Source of the DNA: an uncultured Verrucomicrobiota bacterium
Lineage (GTDB): Bacteria; Verrucomicrobiota; Kiritimatiellia; RFP12; UBA1067
NCBI GenBank assembly: GCA_946610035.1
Contig: CAMOCC010000005.1
Span: 1 to 59,399, forward strand
Reading direction: 5' to 3'
Length of the DNA: 59,399 nucleotides
Part shown: one piece after another, positions 24,054 to 33,440 of the stretch
Layout of the letters: every line of letters starts with the position of its first letter
Position numbering within the stretch: position 1 is the stretch's first letter
The notes under the pieces: model-generated
Told to the model about the DNA's origin: nothing
What the model saw: only the letters and a program-made list of their open reading frames with translations
Database searches by the model: none
Translations under genes and position numbers: made by a program

Positions 24054-25193
24054 TTGAAAGCGATAGAGAAATACGTCTTCGGTTCGTTTCTCTCGAGCTT
24101 CCTGCTCGGGTTCCTCGTCCTCAGTTTCGTGCTGACGATCGGGCTCCTGGTCCAGATAGTCGGCTACATCATCGACGGAATGCCCATGGGCCTCGTCGGG
24201 AAGTTCGCCGCGGTGAGCTTCCCGGAGACCTTGCAGTGGACCGTTCCGCTCGCGCTGCTCGTGTCGAGCGTCCTCGTCTTCTCGCGCCTTAGCGCGGACA
24301 GCGAAATCGCCGCGATGAGGGCGTGCGGGATAAACCTCCTGACGGTGATGAAGTACCCCGCGCTCTTCGCGCTCCTCTGCTCGATACTGTGCGCGTGGAT
24401 AAACAACGAAATCGTGCCGCGCGGACACGCCGTCCGCCGCTCCCTCACATCCCGCCTCTCCGTCGGCAACGCGCTCGACCTCATCGAGCCGGGCGTCTGG
24501 GTGAACGACTTCCCCGGCTTCAGCCTCTACGCCGCACGCAAGGAGGGCTCGATGCTCTACGACGTGGAGGTCGTGGACCGCACGTCCTCGACGAACTACG
24601 TCACCACCTACCGTGCGGATCGCGTACAGGTTTCCGGCGAAGGCTCTGACGTCACGTTTGAGCTCTGGAACGCCCGCAGGACGCCCATCGACGAGCACAA
24701 TCCCGGCACGGCCAGCGCGGCGAGCTACACGCAGCGCGTTAAGCTCAAGGACGTCAAGTACAACCGCAAGATCAAGGACTTCCGCTTCTTCGAACTCCTG
24801 GGTGCGATAGACAAGGACGCCGAGCAGGTCGCCGAAGCAAGGGAAGTCGCCGCAAACGCCGCGCCCGAGGACAAGGATCGCGCAAGGTCCAAGTGGAAGG
24901 ATCGCAGACGCGACCTCTCGAAGACCAAGGTCGAATTGTCCAAGCGATTCGTCTTCGCCCTGGCGTCCCTCTGCTTCGTGATAGTCGGCATTCCTCTCGG
25001 CATACGCGCCCAGAGGAAGGAGTCGACCATCGGCATGGCGATATCGCTCGCCATAGCGCTTGGATACTACCTCGTCGTGATGCTCATGCTCAACTTGCAG
25101 AAGAGCTACACGATGCATCCCGAATTCTTCATCTTCCTGCCGGTACTCGTCTGTTTCGGGCTCTCGGCGTGGTTCCTAAAGAAAAACCTTTAG
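24054..25193 (+). CDS. LPS export ABC permease, LptF/LptG (YjgP/YjgQ) family
   Basis: TTG 24054 follows SD GGAGGG. LKAIEKYVFGSFLSSFLLGFLVLSFVLTIGLLV is a typical family N-terminus. Six predicted TM segments with a central periplasmic domain. The upstream part of the tracked 22698..25193 ORF is the alternate frame of tyrS. Confidence 0.8.
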   Translation: MKAIEKYVFGSFLSSFLLGFLVLSFVLTIGLLVQIVGYIIDGMPMGLVGKFAAVSFPETLQWTVPLALLVSSVLVFSRLSADSEIAAMRACGINLLTVMKYPALFALLCSILCAWINNEIVPRGHAVRRSLTSRLSVGNALDLIEPGVWVNDFPGFSLYAARKEGSMLYDVEVVDRTSSTNYVTTYRADRVQVSGEGSDVTFELWNARRTPIDEHNPGTASAASYTQRVKLKDVKYNRKIKDFRFFELLGAIDKDAEQVAEAREVAANAAPEDKDRARSKWKDRRRDLSKTKVELSKRFVFALASLCFVIVGIPLGIRAQRKESTIGMAISLAIALGYYLVVMLMLNLQKSYTMHPEFFIFLPVLVCFGLSAWFLKKNL

Positions 25194-25208
25194 CAAAGGA
25201 GAGCAATC

Positions 25209-25988
25209 ATGGCAAAGATACATCCTACGGCGATAGTCGAAGACGGCGCGGTTCTAGGTGCGGACGTCGAAGTCGGCCCCTACGCGCACATCGGGGCGAA
25301 CGTGAAGCTCGGCGACGGGACGACGGTCGGGCAGGGCGCGATAATCGACGGGCACACAACCGTCGGGTCCATGTGCCAGATATTCCCGTATGCGCTGATA
25401 GGGATGAAGACGCAGGACCTCAAGTACAAGGAGGGGTCCACGAGCTATGTCGAAATCGGAGACCGCACGGTCATACGCGAGTTCGCGACGGTACACCTCG
25501 GGACTGCGGACGGCGAGAAGACGATAATCGGGTCCGACTGCCTCTTCATGTGTTACTGCCATGCGGCGCACGGCGTGATCCTCGGCAACCACGTCATCTG
25601 CTCCAATTCGGTGCAGCTCGCCGGCGACGTACACATCCAGGACTGGGCGATCATCGGCGGATGCGCGGCGTCGCACCAGTTCTGCACCGTAGGGGCGCAT
25701 GCGATGGTCGGCGGCATGAGTAAAATCCGCCAGGATTTCCCTCCCTACATGCTCGGCGACATGGTGGATGGCGCGCTCAAGGTGATAGGTCCGAACGTCG
25801 TCGGCCTGACCCGCCGTGGCTTCAAGCGCGAAGTCATACAGGCGCTAAAGGAGGCGCATCGCTTCATCTACCGCGACGGACTCAACCGTTCCCAGGCGCT
25901 CGACCGCGTCGAGAACGACGTGGAGCAGTTCGACGAGATAAAGCGCCTCGTCGCTTTCTACCGCCAGTCCCAGCGCGGCGTCGCCTGA
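25209..25988 (+). CDS. lpxA: Acyl-ACP--UDP-N-acetylglucosamine O-acyltransferase
   Basis: IHPTAIVEDGAVLGADVEVGPYAHIG hexapeptide repeats, then a C-terminal helical domain. 259 aa. Confidence 0.9.
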   Translation: MAKIHPTAIVEDGAVLGADVEVGPYAHIGANVKLGDGTTVGQGAIIDGHTTVGSMCQIFPYALIGMKTQDLKYKEGSTSYVEIGDRTVIREFATVHLGTADGEKTIIGSDCLFMCYCHAAHGVILGNHVICSNSVQLAGDVHIQDWAIIGGCAASHQFCTVGAHAMVGGMSKIRQDFPPYMLGDMVDGALKVIGPNVVGLTRRGFKREVIQALKEAHRFIYRDGLNRSQALDRVENDVEQFDEIKRLVAFYRQSQRGVA

Positions 25989-26009
25989 CGCCGAAGTTGA
26001 CGGTTGACT

Positions 26010-26018
26010 TGGTATGAT
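26010..26018 (+). promoter_or_regulatory. Extended -10 promoter element (TGGTATGAT) 8 nt from ATG 26027
   Basis: Motif read directly. An alternative ATG at 26042 follows a GGAGA SD, so the true start is ambiguous. Confidence 0.45.
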
Positions 26019-26026
26019 TTAGCTAG

Positions 26027-27244
26027 ATGGAGAAAACTAAAATGCAGACAGTGACGAATCAGTTCCAGGAGGCGGCGGGGAAGGCCAGCTTCATTCGCAA
26101 GATGTTCGAGAAGGGCCTTGAACTCAAGGCGAAGTATGGCGAGGATGCAGTGTGCGACTTCTCGCTCGGCAATCCAGACGTCCCGCCTCCGGAGGCGGCG
26201 CGCGCTGTCCTCCATCAAATCGCGGACGATGCCGTCAAGCCGCTCGGCCTCGGCTACTGCCCGAACGCCGGCATACCGTCCGTCAGGGAGGCGATGGCCC
26301 GCCATCTCTCCGCGCAGCAGCGCACCGACGTTTCCGCAGGCGACCTCGTCATGACCGTTGGCGCGGCCAGCGCGCTTGTGTGCTTCTTCAGGGCGACTAT
26401 CGACGAAGGGGACGAGGTGATCGTGCCGAGTCCGTATTTCGTCGAGTACGGCAACTACTGCGGACACTTCGGCGGGGTCCTGAAGCCCGTTCCGACCCAC
26501 GAGGACTTCACGCTCGACATCCCGGCCATCGCTTCGTCAATCACTCCGAAGACGAGGGCGATCTTAATCAATTCACCCAACAACCCGACGGGAACGATCT
26601 ACACGCGTGCCGAACTCGAGGAGCTGGCGTCGCTTGTCGAGAGGACTAACGCGGCGCGCGGAGAAGGGGAGCGCCCGCTCTTCATCCTCTCCGACGAACC
26701 GTACAGGGCGTTCGCCTACGACGGCGCCGAGGTTCCGCCGGTTCTCCCGATGACGAAGTTCGCCGTCGTTCTCGGCAGCTTCTCAAAGACGCTGTCAATG
26801 GCCGGCGAGCGAATCGGCTACATTGTCGTCAACCCTGAACTCACCAAACTTGACGGCGGCGCTCTGATGTCCACGCTGATCCTTGTCAACCGCACGCTCG
26901 GCTATGTCAACGCGCCCGTCATCGGACAGCGCCTCGCCGCGGCGATTTGCAACGAGACCGTCGATCTGGCGATCTACAAACGCCGCCGCGACCTCATGGC
27001 AAAGGTCCTGAAGGACGCCGGAATCGAATTCATCATGCCGCGCGGCGCATTCTATTTCTTCCCCAAGGTGCCTGGAGGTGACGATGCAAAGTTCGTCGAC
27101 GCACTTCTCGCCGAAAGGATCCTCGCCGTTCCCGGTTCGGGATTCGGAAGGAAAGGGCACATCCGCCTCAGCTGCTCCGTGGACGAGACAATCATCGCAC
27201 GCAGCGCCGAAGGCTTCAAGCGCGCAACGGAGGCATGCAAATGA
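26027..27244 (+). CDS. PLP-dependent aminotransferase, class I (aspartate aminotransferase-like)
   Basis: NSPNNPTG and SFSKTLSMAGERIGY (PLP lysine motif). 405 aa. Confidence 0.88.
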   Translation: MEKTKMQTVTNQFQEAAGKASFIRKMFEKGLELKAKYGEDAVCDFSLGNPDVPPPEAARAVLHQIADDAVKPLGLGYCPNAGIPSVREAMARHLSAQQRTDVSAGDLVMTVGAASALVCFFRATIDEGDEVIVPSPYFVEYGNYCGHFGGVLKPVPTHEDFTLDIPAIASSITPKTRAILINSPNNPTGTIYTRAELEELASLVERTNAARGEGERPLFILSDEPYRAFAYDGAEVPPVLPMTKFAVVLGSFSKTLSMAGERIGYIVVNPELTKLDGGALMSTLILVNRTLGYVNAPVIGQRLAAAICNETVDLAIYKRRRDLMAKVLKDAGIEFIMPRGAFYFFPKVPGGDDAKFVDALLAERILAVPGSGFGRKGHIRLSCSVDETIIARSAEGFKRATEACK

Positions 27245-28374
27245 AGAAGGGGGCAATTATCGCTCTGGCGACATCCCTTTCGATGGCGCTGATTGCATCG
27301 GAAAACGGCGGCGTTTCATTCGACGCCGAAAAGCACTCCGTGTCGTTCACCGCTGCATCGACGGATTGCGGGCTCGACATGCAAATCGAGTTCCTCTTCG
27401 TCGGACCGGACTCCGACCACGACTATGAAGCCATGTTCGTCACCGACGCGCCAATCGCCGAGATCGCCGCGGCGTTTCGCAAGGCGGGGATTCCGAGCGG
27501 ACGCGATTTCAACGGCGCAGGCGGATGTCGCTTCTGGCCTGTAGGACAGTTTCTGTCCATGGAGCCCGCCATCACGAACTTCCTCAGGGAAACGCGCGGG
27601 GAAACGACTCCCGTCCCGGTATTCACCGGCGGAACTCGCGATGCATCCGGAATCCCAGAGGCCAACACGAATTCCCCTGGTGCAGTCTTCGCACTCTACA
27701 ATTGCGCTCAATCGCTCATCCAATTCGATGATACATTGGACCAGTCTGAGACATACGGACGCTTTACACCGGCTGTAAAGATTCCGAAAGGGGAGAAGCG
27801 CCGGTTTACTTTCAAGTGGAATGGCGAGCAGGCATACGAATCTATCGTGCTTCCGCTCATGCCCGGGAAATTGGCAGATGCAATAACGACCCTCAAGTCT
27901 AAATCTGCAGACAAGGAACTGGACGTCCTTTGCGATTTTTCGACTGAATTGACCATCAAAGAGGCGTCTGAAATTTCCCAGGCGCTTTCCATCATCGATT
28001 CCCGTAAAATCAAGATCAACGGATACAAGGACGGTCAATTCTTCTACCGAGCTTTCCAGCCGCTGGAAAAATGGCGAGACCGCACTGAACGCCTTGCACA
28101 GCCGCCGGAGGTCCATTTTAGGGCAGACGGAACATTTGTCGTGACCGAAACGTTCGAGGATTGGTCCGACGACGAATCACTTGATCCCAAGTTGACCTCC
28201 AAGGACATTCCGTGCGCAGATATCGGCGACGCGGCAAAGGAGGCGTCGAGAATCGCAGCAAAGACGTTCACAGTCCTTGTTTTCGCGCCGTCTGATACAA
28301 AGCTTGGTAAACTGTTTGATTTCCGCAAGGCGTGTACAGGTCCAATCATCAACTGGTACATCTTCACAGAATGA
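27241..28374 (+). CDS. Hypothetical secreted protein (N-terminal half possibly YdjY-like)
   Basis: ATGA overlap with the aminotransferase stop, and signal peptide MKKGAIIALATSLSMALIA. The YdjY resemblance (IEFLFVGPDSDHDYEAMFVTDAPIAEIAAAFRKAGIPSG) is from memory only. The distal two-thirds dip to about 42-47% GC. Confidence 0.65.
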   Translation: MKKGAIIALATSLSMALIASENGGVSFDAEKHSVSFTAASTDCGLDMQIEFLFVGPDSDHDYEAMFVTDAPIAEIAAAFRKAGIPSGRDFNGAGGCRFWPVGQFLSMEPAITNFLRETRGETTPVPVFTGGTRDASGIPEANTNSPGAVFALYNCAQSLIQFDDTLDQSETYGRFTPAVKIPKGEKRRFTFKWNGEQAYESIVLPLMPGKLADAITTLKSKSADKELDVLCDFSTELTIKEASEISQALSIIDSRKIKINGYKDGQFFYRAFQPLEKWRDRTERLAQPPEVHFRADGTFVVTETFEDWSDDESLDPKLTSKDIPCADIGDAAKEASRIAAKTFTVLVFAPSDTKLGKLFDFRKACTGPIINWYIFTE

Positions 28375-28405
28375 ACTGATGCACCATAATAACGTTAGTT
28401 AACAT

Positions 28406-28431
28406 AATCCATATTATTGGAATTATGGATT
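28406..28431. promoter_or_regulatory. AT-rich inverted repeat AATCCATA-N10-TATGGATT in the 76-nt gap between two hypothetical genes
   Basis: Arms at 28406-28413 and 28424-28431. The adjacent AACGTT and GTTAAC palindromes lie at about 28391-28403. It may be an operator or a weak terminator. Confidence 0.4.
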
Positions 28432-28450
28432 TAAAAATGGAAGGTGCGAA

Positions 28451-29614
28451 ATGAGCGACAATACGACTCCAAACGACATGAACAACATTCCGCCTCAGGC
28501 CAACGCAGTCAGTCTATACGGTCAGGCGGATGCTATGGACGACTTCCCGGTCCTCAAGGCATTTCAGCAATATGTCGATGCCGAACAGGCAAAGGCGCAC
28601 AAACGACTGATGACGGTGTGCGTGTTCTTTACGGTTGTAATGACGATTGTCATCGCCGTGTTTATGTTCATCATTCTCGGGCTCAACCGCAACAACGGCG
28701 GCAACGACGCCGCCTTGCGCGCGATGTCTGAATCCAACGCCGCCATCCAGCGTCAGATGCTCGAACAGGCGTCGAGGATGAACGAACAGCTCATGACCCA
28801 GCTTATGAACCGCTCTTCGTCAGGCGGCGGAGCGTCCGCCATCGACGCCGAGGTGCAAAAGCATAATCTCGAGCTTCAGGCGCGTCTGCACGTCATGGAG
28901 ATGGAAAAGCGCGACGCCGAACGCAAAGCCGCCGAGGCGGCGCGACGAGCGGCCGAAGGCCCCGTGATGTCCGATGAGGAGAAATCAGAACTGGAGCAGA
29001 CGCTCAAGAGCCGCGAGGCGAAACTCAAGAGTCGTGAGGCGAAGCTAGCCGAGGACATGAAGCGTCTTAAGGAAAAGGAAATCGACCTTCAGCGCAGGAA
29101 GCTCTATCCGAACGCCTTTTCGCCGGAAGCCCGCGAGAAAGCCGACCGCGAAATCGAAGCCGCAAGACGTGAATCCAAGGAAGCCGAAGCACGTGCGAAG
29201 GCCGCCGAGGAAAGGGCCCGTGAGGCGGAGCTTCGCGCCCGCGAGGCACAGGAGAAGGCTGCGGCGGCCGAGCGTCAGGCGGACGCGGAATATATTCGTC
29301 TTAAGAAGGAAAAGGAAGCTGAAAAGCAGGAAGTCCCCTTCACGAAGACTCCCGCTCCCCTTCCCCCGGACGACGATGACGCCGATCTGGCAATCTTCGA
29401 TGAAATCCCCGTTACGCCAGTTCCTCGCGGCAAGAACGAAAAGCCAAATAAACCGATTGTGCAAACGGACGGGACATTGCGGTTCTTCGATGAGACCACC
29501 GAGCCGCCGCCGGCACCGAAAAAGCAGGAAGCAAAAAAGAAGATCGGAAATGAGCAGCCGGACGGCACCCTTCGCTTTTTCAACGAGTCTGATTACGACA
29601 TCCCGCTAGAGTGA
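28451..29614 (+). CDS. Hypothetical bitopic membrane protein with long Lys/Glu/Ala coiled-coil (TolA-like architecture)
   Basis: SD GGAAGG. TM helix LMTVCVFFTVVMTIVIAVFMFIILGL, duplicated KSREAKL, charged helix AEARAKAAEERAREAELRAREAQEKAAAAERQ, and a duplicated C-terminal motif DGTLRFF[DN]E. Confidence 0.7.
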   Translation: MSDNTTPNDMNNIPPQANAVSLYGQADAMDDFPVLKAFQQYVDAEQAKAHKRLMTVCVFFTVVMTIVIAVFMFIILGLNRNNGGNDAALRAMSESNAAIQRQMLEQASRMNEQLMTQLMNRSSSGGGASAIDAEVQKHNLELQARLHVMEMEKRDAERKAAEAARRAAEGPVMSDEEKSELEQTLKSREAKLKSREAKLAEDMKRLKEKEIDLQRRKLYPNAFSPEAREKADREIEAARRESKEAEARAKAAEERAREAELRAREAQEKAAAAERQADAEYIRLKKEKEAEKQEVPFTKTPAPLPPDDDDADLAIFDEIPVTPVPRGKNEKPNKPIVQTDGTLRFFDETTEPPPAPKKQEAKKKIGNEQPDGTLRFFNESDYDIPLE

Positions 29615-29625
29615 GATGTCGCAAT

Positions 29626-32172
29626 CTACTTGATCACAACAGAATACGTGCCGCTGTCGTACTTGGCACACTTCCCGTTGATGCGGACCTTTGCATTGGT
29701 TCCTTCAGGAATTGTGAAGGTCCAAATGCAAACGCCGTCTGCATTGTAACTCCATTCACTGCTGATGGTGCCGCCCTTGGTATTTCGCAATGACGCACGG
29801 ACGAAGCCGAGACGCGGATCTGGCTTGGGCGAAAGGATGACCTCCTCGTCGAAGCCTCCATTGCGCCCGGGCTGGATGCCGGCTGCAGTTTCATACAGCC
29901 ACGCAAGAACGGATCCGTAGGCGTAGTGGTTGAAGCTGTTCATGGATACAGGACCGAAACCCTTGTCTCTCCTGTAGCTGTTCCACCGTTCCCAGACTGT
30001 TGTCGCACCCTGGTCGACGGAATACAACCAGCTCGGATTCTTGTGCTGAAGGAGAAGCGTATAGGCGACTTCCGGGGCTTCAATGTCGTAGGTGATCGTG
30101 TCCATCAGGATGGAAGTTCCGAGGAAGCCTGTTTGAAGGCAGTCGCCATGGTCGGCAATGCTCTTCAGGAGCCCCTTCTTCACTTCTTCAATGTACGCCT
30201 TGTCCTCCAGGATGCCGCATCTAATGGCGAACAAGGCTGGCGTCTGCATATTGCGCAGACACTTGGGAATGCGCCCTTCCTCAAGTACGTCGCGCCTAAT
30301 ATAGGCCAAAGCTTCGTCCGCCATTGCGGCGTATTTGCGCTCGGCATCGACCCTGCCGGTAATGGACGCCATTTTCCGCATTTTCCTGGCATCCTCGAGC
30401 CAGTAGCATGCGCCAAGGTATCGCCAGTAGAGAGCCGCTTCGGGACGTATGTCGCGTCCGTTCTTGTGCTTGTTGGAGCACGACTCGAAGTCTTCGTAGC
30501 TCAGCCAGTCCGCCCACTGGAACTTCAGGGCATCGCCCTTGGCGTAGCGATTGTCCTTGAGCCAGTCCATGAACCTCTCCATGCTCGACCAGTTCTCGTC
30601 GATTATCGTCTTGTCCCCGTACTGGCGCCACATCGTCCAGGGGATGATCACGCCTGCATCGGACCAGCCAAACCTCTCCGCTCCGAAATCGCCCCACCAG
30701 CCAGCCGGGGCAACGCCGGTGAAGCTGCCGCCGGCGCGTTGCGTATCACGCATGTCGCGCATGAACTTTTTAAGAAAAGACAGCACATCGGCATTGTACG
30801 TTGCCGCGCGCGCGAAAACCTGGGTGTCGGCGGTCCATCCCTGGCGCTCATCGCGCTGTGGACAATCCGTAGGCACCGACAGATAGTTCGACAACTGTCC
30901 CCACCTGATGTTCGATACAAGCTTGTTGACCTCGGGAACTCCCGTGACGAAAGAGCCGCATTCCATTTCGCGAGTAATGGATGTCACGGGGATAGACTCG
31001 AAACGGGTGAACTTCACCTTGTCCGTCGCCGTTACGGAAATATACCTGTATCCGAAGAACGTGTACTGCGGCATGTAGGATTCAACGCCTGGTCCGGCGA
31101 ACGTGTACACGGCCTTTGCGCCGTCGTCCTTCAATGATCGAAGGTTGGCGCGGTAAACCGACCCCTCGGGTCCGTCGTTGCCGCGGCTCTTCAGCCCCCC
31201 GCAGTCGTTGAGCATTTCGGCGGGCTTCAGCGTCACCGTCGCACCGGCCGTGGAAATCGCCTTGAAATACGGAACCGCCGCGGCGTTCTGTCCGAAATCC
31301 AGGACAAGCGTTTCGCCGGGATCGAGGTCGATAAGAGTAGCATTCGTATAGTCCCTCAGTCGTAGGACCCTTCCGAAGGCCCCTTCTCCCTCGCCAGTGA
31401 CGCCCTTCCAGACATACGCACAAACGGGATGCATCGAAAGGTCCGCCCGCCTGTAGACGGAGGCGCCGGTCTGCGGCTCGATTACGCCCTTGAACTCGTC
31501 GTTGACAACGGCGGGTTTCACGTCCACCGACTTGCGCCTCGCGTCGTATACCTCGCCGTCGAAGATCCCCGCCTTGAGGACCGGGCCGCCGATCCCGGCG
31601 GTCCACGAATCGTCAGTGACAATAATCTCCTCCTTATCGTCGGCGTAGGTGACGTCAAGGCGTGCAATCAACGCGCTCTTCGATCCCGTGCATCCCGCGA
31701 CAAGATCGCTCCACCACCCTGTGGAAACCATGGCGGAAACGGAATTGGTCGCGCCGGCAAGCTTGTTGAATATCGGCGTCACATCGTAGGAGAATGCGTA
31801 TTTAGTCTTTCCGTTGTGGGAGAAACCAGGCTTAAGCACCTCGTCACCAATGCGTGTGCCGTTGACGAAGATGTTGAACACGCCGAGTCCGGAGGCGGAA
31901 AGAACCGCCTTTTTCACGCACTTTGCATTCTCCACGTTTCTGAAGAAGACGCTCGTTCCCACCGGCGTCGGACCGTGGCCGTCCTTCCCCCGGACCGGCA
32001 CCGGGGCGTCCGCAGCCGAAATCCACTTGGCCCTGGACCAGTCCACCTTGTGCCCTGGAAGGAACGTGTACGAAGGCGCGAGTCGACTCGACTCGTCTGA
32101 AAAATTAAAACAGCCGCCCGCGATAATCGCGAGGGCTGCTCCGGTTACGATTCGGGCGGCTGTTTTCGTCAT
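29626..32172 (-). CDS. Alpha-L-rhamnosidase (GH78), lipoprotein
   Basis: VPTDCPQRDERQGWTADTQVF is the GH78 catalytic-domain signature. 848 aa, with lipobox AIIAGGC. Confidence 0.85.
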   Translation of the reverse strand: MTKTAARIVTGAALAIIAGGCFNFSDESSRLAPSYTFLPGHKVDWSRAKWISAADAPVPVRGKDGHGPTPVGTSVFFRNVENAKCVKKAVLSASGLGVFNIFVNGTRIGDEVLKPGFSHNGKTKYAFSYDVTPIFNKLAGATNSVSAMVSTGWWSDLVAGCTGSKSALIARLDVTYADDKEEIIVTDDSWTAGIGGPVLKAGIFDGEVYDARRKSVDVKPAVVNDEFKGVIEPQTGASVYRRADLSMHPVCAYVWKGVTGEGEGAFGRVLRLRDYTNATLIDLDPGETLVLDFGQNAAAVPYFKAISTAGATVTLKPAEMLNDCGGLKSRGNDGPEGSVYRANLRSLKDDGAKAVYTFAGPGVESYMPQYTFFGYRYISVTATDKVKFTRFESIPVTSITREMECGSFVTGVPEVNKLVSNIRWGQLSNYLSVPTDCPQRDERQGWTADTQVFARAATYNADVLSFLKKFMRDMRDTQRAGGSFTGVAPAGWWGDFGAERFGWSDAGVIIPWTMWRQYGDKTIIDENWSSMERFMDWLKDNRYAKGDALKFQWADWLSYEDFESCSNKHKNGRDIRPEAALYWRYLGACYWLEDARKMRKMASITGRVDAERKYAAMADEALAYIRRDVLEEGRIPKCLRNMQTPALFAIRCGILEDKAYIEEVKKGLLKSIADHGDCLQTGFLGTSILMDTITYDIEAPEVAYTLLLQHKNPSWLYSVDQGATTVWERWNSYRRDKGFGPVSMNSFNHYAYGSVLAWLYETAAGIQPGRNGGFDEEVILSPKPDPRLGFVRASLRNTKGGTISSEWSYNADGVCIWTFTIPEGTNAKVRINGKCAKYDSGTYSVVIK

Positions 32173-32193
32173 GTCACATGACCTTTCAGTGCA

Positions 32194-33285
32194 TTAACCG
32201 TTCTTCTTCTCGAAGTCCTTCATGAAGTCCACGAGAGCGTCTACGCCGGCCATCGGGAAGGCGTTGTAGATCGTCGCACGGATTCCGCCGACGGAGCGGT
32301 GGCCCTTGAGCGAGCTCATGCCGAGCGCCTTGGCGTCTGCAACGAACTTCGCCTCGAGCTCCTCGCTCGGGAGGCGGAACGTGACGTTCATGTTCGAGCG
32401 GAATTCGGGCAGCGCCGTCCCGCGATAGAACTCGGTCGAGTCGATGACGTCGTAGATCTTCTTGGCCTTGGCGTCGTTGAGCGCGAAGAGGTTCGCCTTG
32501 CCCATCTTCTTCACCCACTTCATGACTTCGCCGAAAACGTAGATCGCGAAGGTCGGAGGGGTGTTGTAGAGGGACTTGTTCTCGGTGAACGTGCGGTACT
32601 GGAGCATCGTCGGGATGTTGGCCGCTCCCTTCTCGGCGAGGGACTTCTTCATCGCGACGACAGCCATGCCGGAGGGGCCGAGGTTCTTCTGGGCGCCGGC
32701 GTAGAACATGTCGAACTTGGTGAAGTCGCGGTCGATGCCGAGGATGTCGGACGACATGTCGGCGATGAGAACGCCGTTCACGGCGGGAATCTTCTTGAGC
32801 TGGGCACCCGAAATCGTCTCGTTCGTGCAGATGTGGGTGTAGGCGGCGTCGGCCGAGAACTTCCACTCGTCGTCGTGCGGCATGCGGGTCGGTATGTCCT
32901 TCGCGCAGTTGGCGACCGTGTTCACAGTGGCACCGCGCAGCGCGGCGACGATCTTGGCCTCCTTGAGCGCCTTGCCGGACCAGGTGCCCTCGTTGGCGTA
33001 GTCGGCGGTCTGGCCCGCGCCGAGGAAATTCATCGGGATCATTGCGAACTGGAGGGATGCGCCGCCCTGGACGAAGAGCACCTCGTAGTCGTCTCCGAGG
33101 CCGCAGAGCTCCTTGAAATTGGCGATCGCCTCGTTGTGGATGGCGTCGTAGTCCTTGCCGCGGTGGGACATCTCCATCACCGACATGCCTGTTCCCTTGT
33201 AGTCGACCAGATCCGCCTGGACCTGCTGCAGCACCTCGAGCGGAAGAGTTGCCGGGCCCGCCGAGAAGTTGTATGCGCGTGACAT
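32194..33285 (-). CDS. serC: Phosphoserine aminotransferase
   Basis: NFSAGPATLPLEVL and MSHRGKDY; length 363 aa. Confidence 0.92.
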   Translation of the reverse strand: MSRAYNFSAGPATLPLEVLQQVQADLVDYKGTGMSVMEMSHRGKDYDAIHNEAIANFKELCGLGDDYEVLFVQGGASLQFAMIPMNFLGAGQTADYANEGTWSGKALKEAKIVAALRGATVNTVANCAKDIPTRMPHDDEWKFSADAAYTHICTNETISGAQLKKIPAVNGVLIADMSSDILGIDRDFTKFDMFYAGAQKNLGPSGMAVVAMKKSLAEKGAANIPTMLQYRTFTENKSLYNTPPTFAIYVFGEVMKWVKKMGKANLFALNDAKAKKIYDVIDSTEFYRGTALPEFRSNMNVTFRLPSEELEAKFVADAKALGMSSLKGHRSVGGIRATIYNAFPMAGVDALVDFMKDFEKKNG

Positions 33286-33440
33286 TTCGTTACCTTTCGT
33301 TTTCTTTAGAGTTTATCGGTTTGTTTGTTTTTTTGCCGCCCGTAGAGATTATCCGATGAACGGCTTCGTATATTATACTATATTGACGCTTGTATGTGCA
33401 AGGCTGAGGACGCGTTTTGCAAATCCGCAGATCTCCTTGA

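Noticed and set aside
28376-28431. dif/Xer recombination site near the gene-orientation switch
   Set aside because: ATGCACCATAA-TAACGT-TAGTTAACATA only loosely resembles GGTGCGCATAA-TGTATA-TTATGTTAAAT, and the XerD arm fits poorly. The clean palindrome AATCCATA/TATGGATT has a 10-nt spacer rather than the 6-8 nt expected. Kept only as a remark in the strand-switch finding.
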